NCBI GenBank assembly: GCA_026025075.1
Contig: JAPEUI010000029.1
Span: 62,001 to 126,000, forward strand
Length of the DNA: 64,000 nt
Reading direction: 5' to 3'
Source: Vezdaea acicularis
Taxonomy: Eukaryota
The notes below the pieces were generated by a model that saw only the letters and a program-made list of their open reading frames with translations, made no database searches and was not told the origin of the DNA. The position numbers and the translations under genes were made by a program. Below, in pieces: positions 60,547 through 64,000 of this stretch; within the stretch, counting starts at the first letter, position 1; every line of letters starts with the position of its first letter.

Positions 60547-61725
60547 TTAATCCACGATGAGCCCGTCGCAGCTCAGAAAGTCCTCTCGGGCGTGCGCTCG
60601 GGGGCTTCAATGGGAGAGTCAACTAAGGCGACGGGTGAGGTCGAGGAGGGTGGTGAGCGCCAAGAACGTGATGACGGGAGAGAAACAAGGGTACCGAGCG
60701 AAATTGGGCCTCGTCGCTTCCTACAGTGCACACAGAGCGCTGAGCGAGCTGAAGACCATGGCCACGCGACACAAGAGGAAGGTAGAGGAAGGTTGAATCT
60801 GAAACGAGCGCAAGGAGCCACGGCAATGCCTCACCAATGCCAACGGGTCAGTCGTGGCTCCAGCGTTCGAACCTCGATCGAATTCCGTATAGGGGACGAC
60901 ATATGCGTAGCCTAGCGGGATACTTGGTTCTACAGCATAGTGCAGCTGCAGCGTGCGCGTACCGAAATTTGCCGGTCGGCGGATGGCGCTCAGTCGCTTC
61001 GAGCTGTCCGTCACCTCCTTCGGAACCCTCGAATGGAGGAAGTCTGGTGGTTGCTTTTTTGTAGCGTCTTCCGCGACCATCGAAGAAAGCGAGCAGGCCC
61101 ACGGCGCAGGTTGGCAATGGAGGAAGACGATACGAAACAATCTATTGTGTCACGTCATGGAGCAATGAGCAGCACGGAAACTGAGCTAAAATGAATCCAG
61201 CCGGTCAATGCTGATCGGCCGCATGCGACGGTGACAATGCAATACTAGGGGACAAAGTTCATGCCGGGATCAATAGATAGGCCGTGGAAGTCAAGATCCT
61301 ATCAATGTCACTGACTTCGAGATGGGACGCCTTCTCGAGCTACCACAAGAAGCTAGGCTCTGTGCGATAAGACAAAAGCTTCTTGAGCATGCTAGCTGCA
61401 TTGCCTTTGACATCTATGCATGCAGCTTTGCATAGTATGCGTTCTAGTGTCTTCATAGAGCCCCTCAAGCCCATTTCATGCTTGGGCTCACTTGCCATTC
61501 CAGACTCGCTCCACCGACGTCACTGAATTCGCATGACTTACTGAACTTGAATTTCTGAGCTTGGAAGCTTGAGGCTATCCGGCCAACTTCTAGAACCCCA
61601 GACTCCAAGGAAAAGCATGCCCGAATCTTGCGGCTAATCGGCCTGCGATTGATCATTATTTCATCTAGCACACAATCCTTTTACCACCTAAGTCATTCGA
61701 CGTAGGCAAATGGCGGCGCCATCTG

Positions 61726-63806
61726 TCAAGTAAGCAATGGACCTACAGTGACCCGCTCTCGGTGTTTCATGGTCTCCATCTGCTGAATCTCATTTCTTGC
61801 CTTTTCCTCTTTCCGCTTTCCCGCAAGAATCTTCTCAAATCTACCCCGGGCACCATGCTTGAGCTTTGTGATCATATCGCCTGCCTTTCCTTTAGTGATA
61901 TCTCCTTCCGTAAGCTGATCATCTTTGGTTCTGAATTTGTTCAGGAAGGCAATTTGGTTCTCTGATGCCGGTCGCCGCCTCCAGGCTTGGTCTTTAGACA
62001 CTGAAAACCAAGGATAAGCTTCTTGAGCGTAGGTGTCCGCCGCATGAACAGCGTCAGCGAATGTCTGTGCAGTAGCAAGCTCTCTAGGCGGCATAAAAGG
62101 GGCTTTCGTTTTAGCAGTAATATGACTGATTTTGCGTGTCTCACGAATGATATAAAGGGATTCCTTCTTCTCCATTGTGAGATAGTGCCCCGCCTGTGTT
62201 GAAAGAACGTATTTCTCTTTCGCTACCTCAACCCAAGCAAGGGGGCTCAAGGCGCGTATATGTCTCTCGCCTGAAGTATCCTCGATCAGCTCGAACACGG
62301 AATCATAATCCGTGAAGGTGACAGTGCTGCTAATGGATTTGGAATTCATCACTCGATTCTTTGATGTTGACGAGACCTGCTGCTGCCGCTCCTGCTCTGC
62401 TTTTTTGCGTTCTAGGGCTTTCAAATCTCCAACCTTGGCTCCATCAACAAGTACTGACGGGTCTAATCCAAAAAGCGTCGGTATAGTAACAATGCCAGTC
62501 TCCAGTGAAGCAACCATGTCAATGATATGGCAGTCCTTCTTCCCGGGGTACAAGCGCATCCCTCGGCCAATCATCTGTACGAGCAGGTTTCTTGACTTAG
62601 TAGGGCGAGCAAGCAATACGCAGTCGATGTTTGGGATGTCTGTGCCTTCGGTAAACACTCCGCAGTTGATGATGACGGGGTATTCCCGCCTTTTAAAGGC
62701 GTCAAGCCGTTGGCTCCGTTCTGCTTTTGGAGTGTCTCCCGTAACGAACCTTGCATCAAAGCCATGGTTGCGAAAAGCATTTGTCAGTCCTGCTACATGG
62801 GCAAGATCTACACAAAACACGATTGTCGATTTCCGTTCACCAGCCCTAGATATCCATGCTCGAACAGTCAAGTCATTTGTCTGATCCGTGTTGATGGCCC
62901 TTGAGAGATCAGAAGGGTTGAAATCTCCGTTCACGCCGTTCTTGACCGCTGAGATGTCCGCTTTTGATTGTACAGTAGTGAAGAGCACATCTGCGAGCCA
63001 CTTTTCTGATATCATATCCACATAATCCCTGAATAATCAGTTTAGAGAACGATTAGATGATCTGGATGATTTTACTTATGATAGACGATGTGATCTATTA
63101 CCACCCCAAGTTTGACACCATCAAATCGTGATAGGGTAGCGGATACGCCGACAAGTGCTGGCGAATTGCTAGAAGGTTTCAGCAAACCGAAATGATCAAG
63201 CGTTCGCATGTAACCAGGCGTGACTGCATGATGACACTCATCAATAAGGACCAGTTTGAATCTTGTCCTATCAAACTTCGCCAGTCGATCACCCGAATTG
63301 ATGCTCTGAATCGATGCTATTGTGATGTCGGCGAAGCCAGAGGCATGCAAGTTTCCCATTTCTATCTCAATGGTTTTATCGGGGTACACCCTGCTGCAGT
63401 GGCTTGCAGCTTGCTCGACAAGTTCCCGGCGATGAACGAGGATAAGTGTCTGGCTTGCATTTTGAACAGTGTGAGGTACTTGCTCAATCAGGTGCGTAAA
63501 GATGACCTATAAAGAGTCAGCTTGGTATAGTGTATAGTTCGACGAGCACCTCCTGACCGTCTTGCCACTGCCTGTAGCCAGCGATATGCCAAGCCTCCTC
63601 CTTCCTTTCTCTAGATTTGAAAGGACTGATTGGATACATTCCTCCTGATACTTCCGCAACCTGGTCTTTATTGCTTGGCTCGGCGGAGACCCGAGAGCGT
63701 TAGGGGAAACATGAGGTGTTGTTGCTAAAAATGCCAAGGACTGGCGAGCGAACTGCTTTCTGGGGCGAACAAGGGCGCAAGATAACTTTAGGGATGTAAA
63801 ATTCAT
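61726..63806 (-). CDS. IRC3: Mitochondrial SF2 (DExH) helicase Irc3, 3 exons
   Basis: Presequence-like N-terminus, [79 protein letters not shown]. Confidence 0.92.
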
Positions 63807-64000
63807 CCCATAGCACGAGGGAGACTTCAGTGCGTAGTCTCTTCAGCTTAGGGCTCAAAGCTAAGCCTCATTGAGCTTATGAATGAAGTGAAAGAGCGAA
63901 CTGACTGGCCTGTGTGGTTCAACGGATTGGAAGTTCATCGCTTAGCAGGCACCCCACCTATGACGGAACTCCTACTGGACAGTCCAGCAAACGTTCCCTA

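Noticed and set aside
61385..61445. Cluster of TGCA/ATGCAT short palindromes
   Set aside because: Only 7-8 bp stems; no TIR/TSD or ncRNA features.
1..64000. Transposons, CRISPR arrays, rRNA or a secondary-metabolite cluster
   Set aside because: No transposase/RT motifs, LTR/TIR, repeat-spacer arrays, rRNA sequence or PKS/NRPS backbone seen; the MDR and FMO pair alone is not a cluster.

Overview
Gene-dense window of a filamentous ascomycete (Pezizomycotina) nuclear genome with short GT-AG introns. About 25 protein-coding genes are supported. Most are housekeeping: MDR dehydrogenase, flavin monooxygenase, EMW1/TTC27, eEF3, HST3-type sirtuin, PEP7, MET8, METTL16, phospholipase D, GLTP/HET-C2, SWI6/Cdc10, a LYR protein, GNAT, RTA1 with a divergent transcription factor, SEC5, IDH2, BST1 and IRC3. 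An accessory patch at about 17.6-29.4 kb encodes small or secreted Cys-, His- or Gly-rich proteins. The standout is a tRNA-Leu(AAG) gene (56113-56268, minus strand) with two introns of different classes: a canonical 19-nt tRNA intron at 37/38 and a 53-nt spliceosomal-type intron (GTTAGT...ACTAAT...CAG) inside the anticodon stem, which leaves the anticodon on an 8-nt exon. Also notable: a three-exon 58-aa gene absent from the ORF track whose LRGG motif precedes a 7-Cys tail, two dispersed paralogous Cys-rich secreted proteins, a secreted His/NGT-repeat protein, a Upc2-like factor without its zinc cluster, and recurring C-rich to G-rich skew switches. All calls were made by eye from sequence motifs; no database searches were run.
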